A stretch of DNA of 64,000 nucleotides, from the IMG/VR virus record IMGVR_UViG_3300005512_000001, positions 160,001-224,000 of that record. One strand, 5' to 3'. Below the pieces are notes generated by a model that saw only the letters and a program-made list of their open reading frames with translations, had not been told where the DNA came from and made no database searches. The position numbers and the translations under genes are program-made. Shown one piece after another: positions 9,783 through 19,181 of this stretch; position 1 is the first letter of the stretch; the number at the start of each line of letters is the position of its first letter. This DNA is from a virus. Lineage: Duplodnaviria > Caudoviricetes.

Positions 9783-10418
9783 ATGGCTATACAAGTAACA
9801 GACACAGCATTTCGCGGTGGTGGGATGACCATGACCTTTAGTGATGGGTCGGTTGCAGAATGCCGCATTCAATTGGTTGATGGTATATTGTCGTTAACCG
9901 GACTGAACGACGAGCAACTCGCAGCAGCAATTGCAATGCAAACAAATGCTAATCATTCATGCGAAGCGGATCCGCGACTATCTAATATGCTAATAAAAAG
10001 AGGAGTATTTGCAGCACTAGAGAGTTCTGCAAATACTACTATTGTAAGTGCCGGGACTTATTATCCGATTAATGGGACTTTTTCAAATTCACCAATGGAA
10101 TCATTTGATTTTGTTAGCGGGCCAGCAATCAGATATACTAATACATATGCTTTTTATGCTGAGATTGATTGGCATGCTACTATAGTCGTGGTCCCTGGAA
10201 ACGCCAACGTAATAGTAGGTATCAAAAAGAATGGGGTACTTATACCATCGAGTCGTATGGGCACATTTGCAGCAGCAATTTTAATACAAATGTCAGGCAC
10301 CGTAGTCGTGCAGTTACAGCATCATGACACTATCCAATTAGTGGTGACATCAGATGCTGATGGGGATGTTGTTACATTTCATAGTTTTACTACCACCATC
10401 CGCAATTTTTTTGGGTAG
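9783..10418 (+). CDS. Probable virion protein with C-terminal beta-sandwich
   Basis: Beta-rich C-terminal domain; late-type motif CAAAAATATAT at 9761 upstream; start re-assigned to ATG 9783. Confidence 0.45.
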   Translation: MAIQVTDTAFRGGGMTMTFSDGSVAECRIQLVDGILSLTGLNDEQLAAAIAMQTNANHSCEADPRLSNMLIKRGVFAALESSANTTIVSAGTYYPINGTFSNSPMESFDFVSGPAIRYTNTYAFYAEIDWHATIVVVPGNANVIVGIKKNGVLIPSSRMGTFAAAILIQMSGTVVVQLQHHDTIQLVVTSDADGDVVTFHSFTTTIRNFFG

Positions 10419-10796
10419 TCAGCCGATATTGCCAATAATTGAAGCTTTAGTGATACAATAAATAGTGGAGACACCACTGCCGCTTTTTGTTAGGGTATAT
10501 AGATTATCTTTTTTAAGGCGGTTCCTGATTCTAATAACTAATGAGATAATATTTTCTGATTCAGAAGCAGCCAGTAGATTTGCCCTGCTGACGCCTTCTG
10601 GGCTTTCCAGAAGCTCTGCTATAGCTGCTTCAGTACCTTTATCTGCTGCCGTTTTTTCATTATTCTTTTGCTGTCTCGCTTTTTGCGCCTCGACGGCTTT
10701 AGATAGAATCGATTTTATAGTGTCTATATTATCATCTGTAAGTTGTGGGTTTGGGATTGGCGGTTCTTCGATTAATTGTATAGGGATATGACTCAT
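10419..10796 (-). CDS. Hypothetical protein, possible winged-HTH
   Basis: LLESPEGVSRANL...IRIRNRLKK...Y pattern; likely start at ATG 10796. Confidence 0.45.
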   Translation of the reverse strand: MSHIPIQLIEEPPIPNPQLTDDNIDTIKSILSKAVEAQKARQQKNNEKTAADKGTEAAIAELLESPEGVSRANLLAASESENIISLVIRIRNRLKKDNLYTLTKSGSGVSTIYCITKASIIGNIG

Positions 10797-11586
10797 GGAA
10801 ATACCAAAACATTGTGTTTTTAGTGGTTCAGATATTAATTTAAATACATCTATGACTGTGAAACTTGACGACGGCACTAAAGTTGAAGCATGGATATCTG
10901 ATGACTACTTAGAATCTGCGACACCGTTGAAAGTAAAAGCTGCAGTTATTGAAATTATAAACAACCAACAAAACAATCAACGAGAAATAGATGAATTATT
11001 GGCGCGGGTTAAAGCACTTGGGTATGAGATAATGCCAAAAGGGGCAGTGCCAACACCTGTGTCAACAGTAGTTGCGCCTATATCGCCGCAGCCTGGCCCA
11101 ATCAATGAGAGTATCGAGTTATTAGACCCATCTCATAGACTTGTTGATGGAAGGATGGCTGATGCACGTAGTGTGTCGCCGAATGTTCAAGGTAATGTTA
11201 GTGCACTTGGTGGGAGTGTTAGTGGTAGTGGGTCGGAATATGCGATAACGTCGGCCGATAAGCCAACTACTGATTTAAAAGAAGGTGAGCAAGCAGAGAT
11301 TGGTACAGTACGTGGCAGGGCTGGGATGGAAATCGCTATACCAGTTAGGCGTGTCGGGAAGACTGGTGAGACCAGGGTGTCTGTTATTAATACTGGTGGC
11401 GATGCTGGGTTGCAACAAAGGTTTAAGGCTTTGGCGAGTCAGTCAGAGATAGACCCGCCGGATTTCATTCATGGTGGATACCAAGTTAAGACCATAACGT
11501 GCGGCTTGTGTCGTGGCCAGGGCAAAACTATGGGTAAGGAATGCCCGAAGTGCCATGGTGCTGGCTCATATGATGTGGAAGCCTAA
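10795..11586 (+). CDS. Hypothetical protein with C-terminal DnaJ-type zinc finger
   Basis: CGLCRGQG...CPKCHGAG (CxxCxGxG repeats). Confidence 0.6.
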   Translation: MEIPKHCVFSGSDINLNTSMTVKLDDGTKVEAWISDDYLESATPLKVKAAVIEIINNQQNNQREIDELLARVKALGYEIMPKGAVPTPVSTVVAPISPQPGPINESIELLDPSHRLVDGRMADARSVSPNVQGNVSALGGSVSGSGSEYAITSADKPTTDLKEGEQAEIGTVRGRAGMEIAIPVRRVGKTGETRVSVINTGGDAGLQQRFKALASQSEIDPPDFIHGGYQVKTITCGLCRGQGKTMGKECPKCHGAGSYDVEA

Positions 11587-12266
11587 TATGGAATTTGCGG
11601 TTTGTCTAGCCCGAAGAATTTTCTATGGCGTGGTTTGTTGGGCACCGGAGATGTATTTATCCTTGGCCCAGACGGATATGCCTGGCCTAATCTTTTGCGC
11701 CGTGTTTTTTGTGTGTCTCTAGCGAATGATTTTTTGCCAAACAGAGCCAGCCCCATTGCTTTAGATATTTTGAGACCCAGATTCTTTGAACTACGAAATG
11801 CTACGCCTTCGGGTGCTTCCTCATATAATGATTGTAGCCTATGCGACGATTCTGTTGTAGTCTTTGGTTCAACAGCTATAGTGATGTGAAATTCATGGCC
11901 GTTCTTCTTTTTCGCCAACCCGTATTTTTGTCGTAGGTTTTCTAGTTCTGGTGACTTTACCGAGATGAAGTATACTTGTTTCATCTCGTCCCAACCATCA
12001 GGGTTGACTTGCTCCATGCGATATAATGTATATTCTATCTCATCGCCTATTTCAGAAACAGTTTGGCCACCCAATTCGTCTGTGTTGGTGACGGAAATAT
12101 GGGCACCGACTTTATTGAACTTTTTTGAGAAATATGGCGGTTTTTTGACATCGCCAGAAAGAATAGTATAGAATCCATGTAATATTTCATCAGGCACATC
12201 TAAATAAACAAACCCATCGCTAGTTTGTTTAAGCTTGCCGGTTAACTTAACTGTTTTATTTGGCAT
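11583..12266 (-). CDS. 2H phosphoesterase superfamily protein
   Basis: Two HxS/T motifs, GAHISV and FHITIA, about 70 aa apart. Confidence 0.7.
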   Translation of the reverse strand: MPNKTVKLTGKLKQTSDGFVYLDVPDEILHGFYTILSGDVKKPPYFSKKFNKVGAHISVTNTDELGGQTVSEIGDEIEYTLYRMEQVNPDGWDEMKQVYFISVKSPELENLRQKYGLAKKKNGHEFHITIAVEPKTTTESSHRLQSLYEEAPEGVAFRSSKNLGLKISKAMGLALFGKKSFARDTQKTRRKRLGQAYPSGPRINTSPVPNKPRHRKFFGLDKPQIPY

Positions 12267-12951
12267 TAGCTTGGTAGTCTGCATGAATTTCTTCGAACAG
12301 TTCGTGCATCCTTGCCCGGATTACATATTCTATAGCTTCATTATCATATGCTTCCCAAAACGCATTATTTGATGTGCACTCGCACCCGATTTCCTCTAAG
12401 AATGGTTTGATGCGTTTGTCGACCGCTTCCCAAAAGTATTGTTTGTTATCAATCCATTTTCTAACATCTTTATCTCTATAGAACCCATGCTCGTGGCTAT
12501 AATTGTCGGTATCTTTTATGATTGATTCATCGATTTGTGGTGGTTGTGATATTTTTACGATTTCATCTAAATCCGGATTCCATCCAGCGTCTTTCTCATC
12601 TTTTTCAGCTAGCATTTTCTCTTTGATTTTGCCCATAGCTTCCAAAGCAGCAGTCATATCTTCCATAGGGACGGCTCTAGCTGTCATCTCTTTTTTAAAT
12701 GATAGGGCAAAGCTTGGGTCATCTAAATATTTATGGCTATGTATTTTAGCAAATGCTGAACATACGGATTCTTGGTGGTCTAAGTCTATGGTTTCCAGCC
12801 TATATGCTTGTTCGATTTCTTCGTGCAAAAATGTGAAGGTGTTTGCCCGTTCTTCATCTTGGCCTTTATGTGCATCGACCCCAAGGGCGGTGTCGTCCAA
12901 CATATTTTTAATTGCCTCGGAGAGCATTTGTTCGTTTCGGTTTAATGACAT
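12256..12951 (-). CDS. Hypothetical protein
   Basis: Long ORF; GAGGAG RBS before ATG 12951. Confidence 0.6.
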   Translation of the reverse strand: MSLNRNEQMLSEAIKNMLDDTALGVDAHKGQDEERANTFTFLHEEIEQAYRLETIDLDHQESVCSAFAKIHSHKYLDDPSFALSFKKEMTARAVPMEDMTAALEAMGKIKEKMLAEKDEKDAGWNPDLDEIVKISQPPQIDESIIKDTDNYSHEHGFYRDKDVRKWIDNKQYFWEAVDKRIKPFLEEIGCECTSNNAFWEAYDNEAIEYVIRARMHELFEEIHADYQANAK

Positions 12952-13002
12952 CTGCGCAACCTCCTCTGGTGTATTTTTGACATAATAAATGGGTTTACAA
13001 TA

Positions 13003-13269
13003 ATGCCATATTATGAAATACGACAATTTGATAAGATTAAATTACGTACCACTAAAAATATCCGTTACTTATCGGCACCGCCCAATGAGATGCCAAGCCC
13101 GCATGGTATCTGGACTGTAGTGGCTAATATAAATAAGGATTTATTAATTTGTAAAGGCGATGCTATATGTAGAGTGCCAGTCTCAGATGTTGTTATCGCC
13201 GGACGATCAGAAATAGACCGTATACTGGAGAGAATAGATGGCAAAAAAGCAAAAGCCAAATCAGAGTAG
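13003..13269 (+). CDS. Hypothetical protein
   Basis: ORF directly upstream of and overlapping recA. Confidence 0.55.
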   Translation: MPYYEIRQFDKIKLRTTKNIRYLSAPPNEMPSPHGIWTVVANINKDLLICKGDAICRVPVSDVVIAGRSEIDRILERIDGKKAKAKSE

Positions 13270-14929
13270 AGAATTTGACAATAAAGAAGATGTCATGAAA
13301 GCTATTGATGACAAATTTGGGAATGGTGCTATAACATTGGGAGCTGGACCGGCACTTGATGTTCCATCTATTAGTACTGGATCGGCTTCACTTGATTTGG
13401 CATTAGGGGTATGGGGAATGCCAAAAGGCCGTATCGCTGAAGTATATGGCCCAGAGAGTAGTGGTAAGACCACATTATGCTTATCAATAATCAAGGAGTG
13501 TCAGAAGCAAGGTGGCGTAGCTGCTTTTGTTGATGCTGAACATGCGTTAGACCCAACATGGGCAAGCAATATAGGTGTTGATATTGACAACCTAATGATT
13601 AGCCAGCCATCATCTGGTGAAGAGGCATTAAGTATTGTTGAGATGCTGGCCGGTTCAAAACAGGTTGATCTTATTGTGGTTGATTCAGTTGCTGCGTTGA
13701 TTCCTCAAGCTGAAATTGATGGTGAGATGGGCGATAGGCAGATTGGTGCCCAGGCTCAATTAATGAGCAAGGCTATGCGTAAGCTTGTTAGTATAACCAA
13801 TAAATCCAATTGTACAATTATATTTATCAACCAAATTAGAATGAAGATTGGTGTTATGTTCGGTTGTTTGCATGGCGATACATTGATTAATTTTGTTGAT
13901 GGTAGTGCATTGCCAATTAAAGATGTTGTTGAAAAGAAAATTGAAGGCGATGTCTGGTGTTATGACGAAGGAAGCAATAACTTTGTTGGACGCAAGATTA
14001 TTGATTGGCACAATAATGGTGATGTTCTTGATAAATGCGATTTTCTGTCTATATTGTTGAGGGGGCCAGGCAATGGCAATGGGCGTATGAATATATGTGT
14101 TACGCCAAATCATCGCGTTTTGACCGATAATGGATGGGCTGAAGCCGGTGACTTGATAATTGGTGATAGAATAATGACGAAGCAAAAGAATATTCTATCT
14201 GGTGATTCGCATTGTATGAGAAGGAAATTACCAGATGGCGTAGATGATTGTAGGGAGTGTACACTACATGTGACTGGCCAATATAGCACCACCTATGCGG
14301 AAGTGGTATCTATTAGAACGGCTAGTAGCAGACAGTTTAGAACAAAAGGGAAATATGATATAACTGTTGATGGCTGCCACAATTATTCCGCTGGTGGTCG
14401 CCATAATGGTGTGATTGTTCATAATTCGCCGGAGACCACACCAGGCGGCCGGGCATTGAAATTCTATTCTTCCATTAGACTTGATATTCGGCGTGCCGGT
14501 GCGATCAAGAAGGGCGATGATAACATTGGGAACTCAATTAAGGTAAAAGTTGTTAAAAATAAGGTTGCGCCGCCATTTAGGCAAGCTGAATTCGGACTAT
14601 ATTTTGGGAGAGATGGATATCCGAGTGGTATTGATTATGCTAGTTCGTTGGTTGATATTGCAGTTGATGTCGGCATTATCAAACAACAAGGGTCGTGGTA
14701 CAATTATGGCGAAATGAGACTTGGGAATGGCCAAGAGAATGCCTATGGCATGATTCGTAGTAATATTGATTTGATGGCAGAGATTAGCGATAAAGTGCGA
14801 GCGGCTTTTAGTCCTGATGGTGTCGATACGGATACAGAAGATACAGAAGATAAAGATATAGAAGATAAAGATATAGAAGATAAAGATATAGAAGATAAGT
14901 CTGATGTATTAGAGGATTTCGAAGAATGA
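13238..14929 (+). CDS. recA: RecA recombinase containing a mini-intein
   Basis: GPESSGKTT, FVDAEHALD, VVDSVAAL, IFINQIRMKIGVMFG|intein|SPETTPGGRALKFY, KNKVAPPF. Confidence 0.97.
   Translation: MAKKQKPNQSREFDNKEDVMKAIDDKFGNGAITLGAGPALDVPSISTGSASLDLALGVWGMPKGRIAEVYGPESSGKTTLCLSIIKECQKQGGVAAFVDAEHALDPTWASNIGVDIDNLMISQPSSGEEALSIVEMLAGSKQVDLIVVDSVAALIPQAEIDGEMGDRQIGAQAQLMSKAMRKLVSITNKSNCTIIFINQIRMKIGVMFGCLHGDTLINFVDGSALPIKDVVEKKIEGDVWCYDEGSNNFVGRKIIDWHNNGDVLDKCDFLSILLRGPGNGNGRMNICVTPNHRVLTDNGWAEAGDLIIGDRIMTKQKNILSGDSHCMRRKLPDGVDDCRECTLHVTGQYSTTYAEVVSIRTASSRQFRTKGKYDITVDGCHNYSAGGRHNGVIVHNSPETTPGGRALKFYSSIRLDIRRAGAIKKGDDNIGNSIKVKVVKNKVAPPFRQAEFGLYFGRDGYPSGIDYASSLVDIAVDVGIIKQQGSWYNYGEMRLGNGQENAYGMIRSNIDLMAEISDKVRAAFSPDGVDTDTEDTEDKDIEDKDIEDKDIEDKSDVLEDFEE
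13865..14425 (+). mobile_element. Mini-intein (187 aa) in RecA, no intact endonuclease
   Basis: Starts CLHGDT, block B VTPNH, ends YDITV...VIVHN followed by Ser +1. Confidence 0.93.
14846..14899 (+). repeat. 15-bp tandem repeat (GAAGATAAAGATATA x3 plus a partial copy) encoding the EDKDI acidic RecA tail
   Basis: Read directly from the sequence. Confidence 0.9.
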
Positions 14930-15264
14930 GCGCACCACTGTTTGAAATAGAAGATGTAGTGTATTTGGTTGAGTCCGCGAAAGTGGGGTCAATTGAATCT
15001 TACCAGATAAGCGGGGTTAGGCAAGGCCCAAGTGGCAGTTGGATGTATAGGATATCAGTAGCCCAACGTCCTCCGAATGGTGCGCCGACATATGGTGACC
15101 GCAACACTTTAAGAAGAACATTAGATTTTGAGTTGTCGGAATCTGAATTGACCACATATTGTGCGGCGCTTGACCTTGCGGAGATTGCTGCGATGTCAAA
15201 TTTGGCCGCTATACGGAGTTTGAAGGCAGCACATTGTACTGATGGAACAGGCGGTACTGGATGA
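14926..15264 (+). CDS. Hypothetical protein
   Basis: ORF coupled between recA and the helicase. Confidence 0.6.
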   Translation: MSAPLFEIEDVVYLVESAKVGSIESYQISGVRQGPSGSWMYRISVAQRPPNGAPTYGDRNTLRRTLDFELSESELTTYCAALDLAEIAAMSNLAAIRSLKAAHCTDGTGGTG

Positions 15265-16607
15265 TTGAAGCATTAAAACGGGCTGATCATAATGCTAAAC
15301 AACCGTTTGGTGAATATGAAGAGGAAGCGATAGTATCGCTTCTTATCGACCACCCGGAATTCTTCACAAATGTTGCTAGATTTCTTACGCATGAATTATT
15401 CAATCGGACTGAAGTACAATATGTAATAGCCCACATCACAGAATATTATGAGCAATATGGGGTGTTTCCGACCAGAGGCATATTGGTTGATAGTATTAAA
15501 CACAGTCTCACTGTCGACGACATAGCATACCAAGATATTATCGACATAGCATCAAGACCCTCAAACCCGCGAGAGGTTCCTTGGCTTAAAGATATAATTT
15601 TGAAATGGGCTAGGTCTAAAGCATATGGCTTAATATATGATGTTGATACTATCGCCAAGTATAAAGATGGTAATTTTGAAGCTATAGAGGCTGTGTTCAA
15701 TCAGGCACGCAATATACAAGATATCGGAAGTGGTACACTCTGGTTTTTTGATGAGTTAGAAAAACTGTTTGCCCACGACCTGATAGAAAAATTTACGACT
15801 GGTTTTGCGCAATTAGATGCATGTATGCATGACGACCAAGATGAGCGTGGCCCAGCACGCAAAGAAATGGTAGTTTGGATGGCACCGACTGGTGTTGGCA
15901 AGTCTATTATGCTGATTAATAATGCGATTTCCAATGTATTGAGGGGCAGGAACGTGTTGTATATCACATTGGAATTGTCAGATGCAATGTCTGCTTTACG
16001 CGGGATGGGTGTTATATCGAATAAACCAATAAAGCGTAGATTCGATTTGAAGAATGAGATTATAGCAATAATAAATCACATTAAAAGTGATGGAAATATT
16101 GGTGACCTTGCGTTTCATGAATTTCCACCAGATGAGATATCAGTTGATGAAATCTATGCATTAGTTGACCATTTAAAAAGGTCAAAAGGCTGGGTGCCAG
16201 ATATCATATGTATTGATTATCTTGAATTGATGATTAGTAGACGCCAATCTGATAATGCTGATTCATATATGAAGCAAAAAGGTGTATCCACTCAAGTTAG
16301 AGGGCTTGCGAAGACTGAAAATGTGTTGGTATTCACCGCGACACAGACAAATAGAGGTGGAAACGATTCCGAGATTATTGATGTAACAAAGATTGCTGAG
16401 AGCTATGGTAAGTCAATGGCGATGGATTATTTGATAAGTCTTAATCAAACCCGCGAAGAATACCAATCAGTTTTAGACCATAATGGCATAGCAGTGCATC
16501 CAGCGCCAGCGCGAATGTATATAGCTAAGAATAGGAATGGAGCTAAATTTGTCACTATTCCTGTGAAGATTAATTATTCAACAATGAAGATACAGGAGAT
16601 GACATGA
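15261..16607 (+). CDS. dnaB: Replicative DNA helicase (DnaB / T4 gp41-like)
   Basis: Walker A APTGVGKS, YITLE, Walker B CIDYLE, TATQTNR, AESYGK, IAKNRNG. Confidence 0.9.
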   Translation: MIEALKRADHNAKQPFGEYEEEAIVSLLIDHPEFFTNVARFLTHELFNRTEVQYVIAHITEYYEQYGVFPTRGILVDSIKHSLTVDDIAYQDIIDIASRPSNPREVPWLKDIILKWARSKAYGLIYDVDTIAKYKDGNFEAIEAVFNQARNIQDIGSGTLWFFDELEKLFAHDLIEKFTTGFAQLDACMHDDQDERGPARKEMVVWMAPTGVGKSIMLINNAISNVLRGRNVLYITLELSDAMSALRGMGVISNKPIKRRFDLKNEIIAIINHIKSDGNIGDLAFHEFPPDEISVDEIYALVDHLKRSKGWVPDIICIDYLELMISRRQSDNADSYMKQKGVSTQVRGLAKTENVLVFTATQTNRGGNDSEIIDVTKIAESYGKSMAMDYLISLNQTREEYQSVLDHNGIAVHPAPARMYIAKNRNGAKFVTIPVKINYSTMKIQEMT

Positions 16608-16933
16608 GTGATGTGATTAAACTGAAGCCAGTTGGGGTTCTTAATGATTATGTTGCTGTTATGAAGCTGCTCGATGTGCCAGATGGCATTGAAGTAGATA
16701 AAGAAGCAATGGCAAAGATGTCGAATGAAGGTGTTGTGGTGGGGGTTGGACCCGATGCGAAAGGCGTGGTAGAACTTGGCGACAGGGTTATTATAAATAA
16801 AAGGCAATACTTGGGCATATGTCCAGCTAGTGGCGGGTATGAAGGCCAAATCGTTGCTATGGTTAAGAAGCCCGATTTAGTAGTGAAACTTGGTGTAAGT
16901 GATAAATACAGATTTATAGATGAGGCAGAATGA
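16604..16933 (+). CDS. GroES-like co-chaperonin
   Basis: LKP..LNDYV.V ... EGVVVGVGP...VELGDRVI. Confidence 0.7.
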   Translation: MSDVIKLKPVGVLNDYVAVMKLLDVPDGIEVDKEAMAKMSNEGVVVGVGPDAKGVVELGDRVIINKRQYLGICPASGGYEGQIVAMVKKPDLVVKLGVSDKYRFIDEAE

Positions 16934-17295
16934 AACGTTATTTTATATGCTTAGAATGTATAGAACGCTCGACCGGCAAATCAGCATATGATTTGCCGGT
17001 CGAGCAATTTAATGAGATTCGAGCTAAGTTAGCGTTTGAATCTGAAACGGCTGTATGCACTTGTTGTGGTAGTAAAAATTTGAAACCTGTGCTTGGCTTA
17101 GAGACTTCCTATGTAAGAGGATACGGTTTTGCCGATAAAAAGGGTGTCAAACGTGATATGGATATTCACGCTATGACCACTGATAGAGACCCTTATAAAG
17201 AGCATCGTCAGCTTGGCGAATCTAGAGAAGTGGTAACTAAATTGCAGCGAGACAGAGAGCATCATAAAAAGCCTAAGACTATTGGCATGGGCTAG
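16930..17295 (+). CDS. FmdB-like zinc-ribbon protein
   Basis: Y.C..C ... CTCCGS..L..V......GYGF. Confidence 0.5.
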   Translation: MKRYFICLECIERSTGKSAYDLPVEQFNEIRAKLAFESETAVCTCCGSKNLKPVLGLETSYVRGYGFADKKGVKRDMDIHAMTTDRDPYKEHRQLGESREVVTKLQRDREHHKKPKTIGMG

Positions 17296-17311
17296 TAGTA
17301 TTGTAAATAAC

Positions 17312-18478
17312 ATGCTATATGTCTATACGTTATTCGATGAACGACGAGATTCATATCCATTAATGTCGGCCATTTATGATGGCGAACTTAGTAAGCTAGA
17401 ATTTTTCACATTTTATTTGCCAGGCACCAAGAAATCGATTTACGATATAGAAGCTACCTGTGATCGATTTTCTAAAATCATATCAAATAATAATGTGATG
17501 CTCAATGATTTCAAGCAGCATTGCGTTGCATTCGCACCGAAGCCCAATTGCAAGGTGTTTGATGTCGACCTCCCGACTTTCACGCCGAAGGATATAAAAT
17601 CGTGTCGTAAGAATATAGCTACTATTATAAATAAAATGAAGCTGATAAAACCACGATACTGGCATCTAGTGCGTGCTATGGCTTCTGAGGTATATGGGCA
17701 TCTACAAACACGTGGGGCTATGTACTCGTACCAATTGAGACACTCAATTTGGGGCCGGGTTTATTCTGGTAGGAGCAAGACTAGTGGGTTTAATATACAA
17801 GGTCTTGGAGAATGCTATTTATCTAATATTAATGGCGATGACATACTTATAAACTTCGACTGGATTGCTGCTGATATGAGAGCAATTGCAATCATGAGTG
17901 GCGATAAGAAGTTAAATATGTCTTTCGATGAGAGTGACCCATATATAGTATTGTTAAACCATTTGAATTCAGGGGTTCAAAACGACAAACTGCGCAGGGA
18001 TGAAGCTAAGAGATTAATGTTCTCATCTATCTATTCTTTCGATGATGATAATCCAGCATTGGATTTTTATAATGGTTTTAGGTCTTGGATACAGGTATGC
18101 CGCAATAGATTAAGAGAAGATAAATATCTCAAGAGCATACTAGGCAGACGATTCTATGTTGGTAGGGGTCGCACTGAACGCTCTGCGTTTAATGCGATGG
18201 TACAGGGCTCAGTTGCTAATGCTATGCAGATATGTATTAGAAAAGTATGGGAATTGTTTCCAGATAGCATATTGACAGAAAACCATGACTCATTAGTAGT
18301 GACATCCAAGAAATCTGATTTAGCCTTCAAATTGCATGAGGTTGCCAAAATAATGACACAACCATTTTGTGGTATTATAAAAAGTAACCCGCAATTTCCG
18401 ATTAAAATTAGCATCGGACGTAAATATAAAGGCTGGAAGGAATATAAAAGATATGACAACTGTGGGCAGGTCAAATAA
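17312..18478 (+). CDS. Family A DNA polymerase, polymerase domain only
   Basis: SGR, motif A FDWIAADMR, motif B RDEAK...FS.IY, ER.AFN..VQGS.A, motif C ENHDSLV. Confidence 0.8.
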   Translation: MLYVYTLFDERRDSYPLMSAIYDGELSKLEFFTFYLPGTKKSIYDIEATCDRFSKIISNNNVMLNDFKQHCVAFAPKPNCKVFDVDLPTFTPKDIKSCRKNIATIINKMKLIKPRYWHLVRAMASEVYGHLQTRGAMYSYQLRHSIWGRVYSGRSKTSGFNIQGLGECYLSNINGDDILINFDWIAADMRAIAIMSGDKKLNMSFDESDPYIVLLNHLNSGVQNDKLRRDEAKRLMFSSIYSFDDDNPALDFYNGFRSWIQVCRNRLREDKYLKSILGRRFYVGRGRTERSAFNAMVQGSVANAMQICIRKVWELFPDSILTENHDSLVVTSKKSDLAFKLHEVAKIMTQPFCGIIKSNPQFPIKISIGRKYKGWKEYKRYDNCGQVK

Positions 18479-18674
18479 AAAACGCAAACATGAACTTAAG
18501 CGTAAGGCGCATAGAACTGTGGTGCGTAAAGCAAGATTGGCCAAGAAGATAAAAGATTCTAAACCTAAGATGAGCGATAAAATGGGTGTTGCTCATTCTA
18601 CAGCTACTAACGCGGGCACCACAAAAATCGCTGAAGGCATTGATAAGGCAGCATGGGGTATACAAAATGGCTAA
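18453..18674 (+). CDS. Small basic hypothetical protein
   Basis: K/R-rich ORF filling the gap between coupled genes. Confidence 0.45.
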   Translation: MTTVGRSNKKRKHELKRKAHRTVVRKARLAKKIKDSKPKMSDKMGVAHSTATNAGTTKIAEGIDKAAWGIQNG

Positions 18675-19167
18675 ACGTCGCAAACAACCAAAATGGTTTG
18701 ATGAATATGTGCCAAGCGAAGTTGCGAATAGTACGCTATTTAAATTTAAAATAAAGATTGGGCCAAGTCAGGTTATCGAAGTTGATATGCGGTCTGACCT
18801 AGAAGTAGATTATAAGATTGTGCAGGACCAATTAGAAGATACACCATCTGAATTCGCTTACTGGGCTGCTATTTATAGCGAATTAAAATTGCAGGTCAAT
18901 AAACTAGAACGCCAGATTAAAGCCAAACGCGGTAAATTAATTGATAAGGCTGTGAAAGAAGCAGCTCAGGCAAATGTAAGGTTGACGGACAAGCAAGTAC
19001 AAGCAATAATAGAAGCAGACAAAGAATTAAATGTGCTAGAAGCGAAATTGATGTTAATGAATAAGCATTGTGGCAAGATGTATTTTATGGTTGAAGCGAT
19101 AAGAATGAAGTCAGACAATCTAAGGTCATTAGCTGGATTTGCACGTATAGAAATGAGCAGCAGCTAA
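18667..19167 (+). CDS. UvsY-like recombination mediator / coiled-coil protein
   Basis: L...PS.FAYWA..Y..L, LTDKQV.A.IE.D, EA.R.K...LRSL; located upstream of the SSB gene. Confidence 0.55.
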   Translation: MAKRRKQPKWFDEYVPSEVANSTLFKFKIKIGPSQVIEVDMRSDLEVDYKIVQDQLEDTPSEFAYWAAIYSELKLQVNKLERQIKAKRGKLIDKAVKEAAQANVRLTDKQVQAIIEADKELNVLEAKLMLMNKHCGKMYFMVEAIRMKSDNLRSLAGFARIEMSSS

Positions 19168-19181
19168 ATCAAACATAAAAT

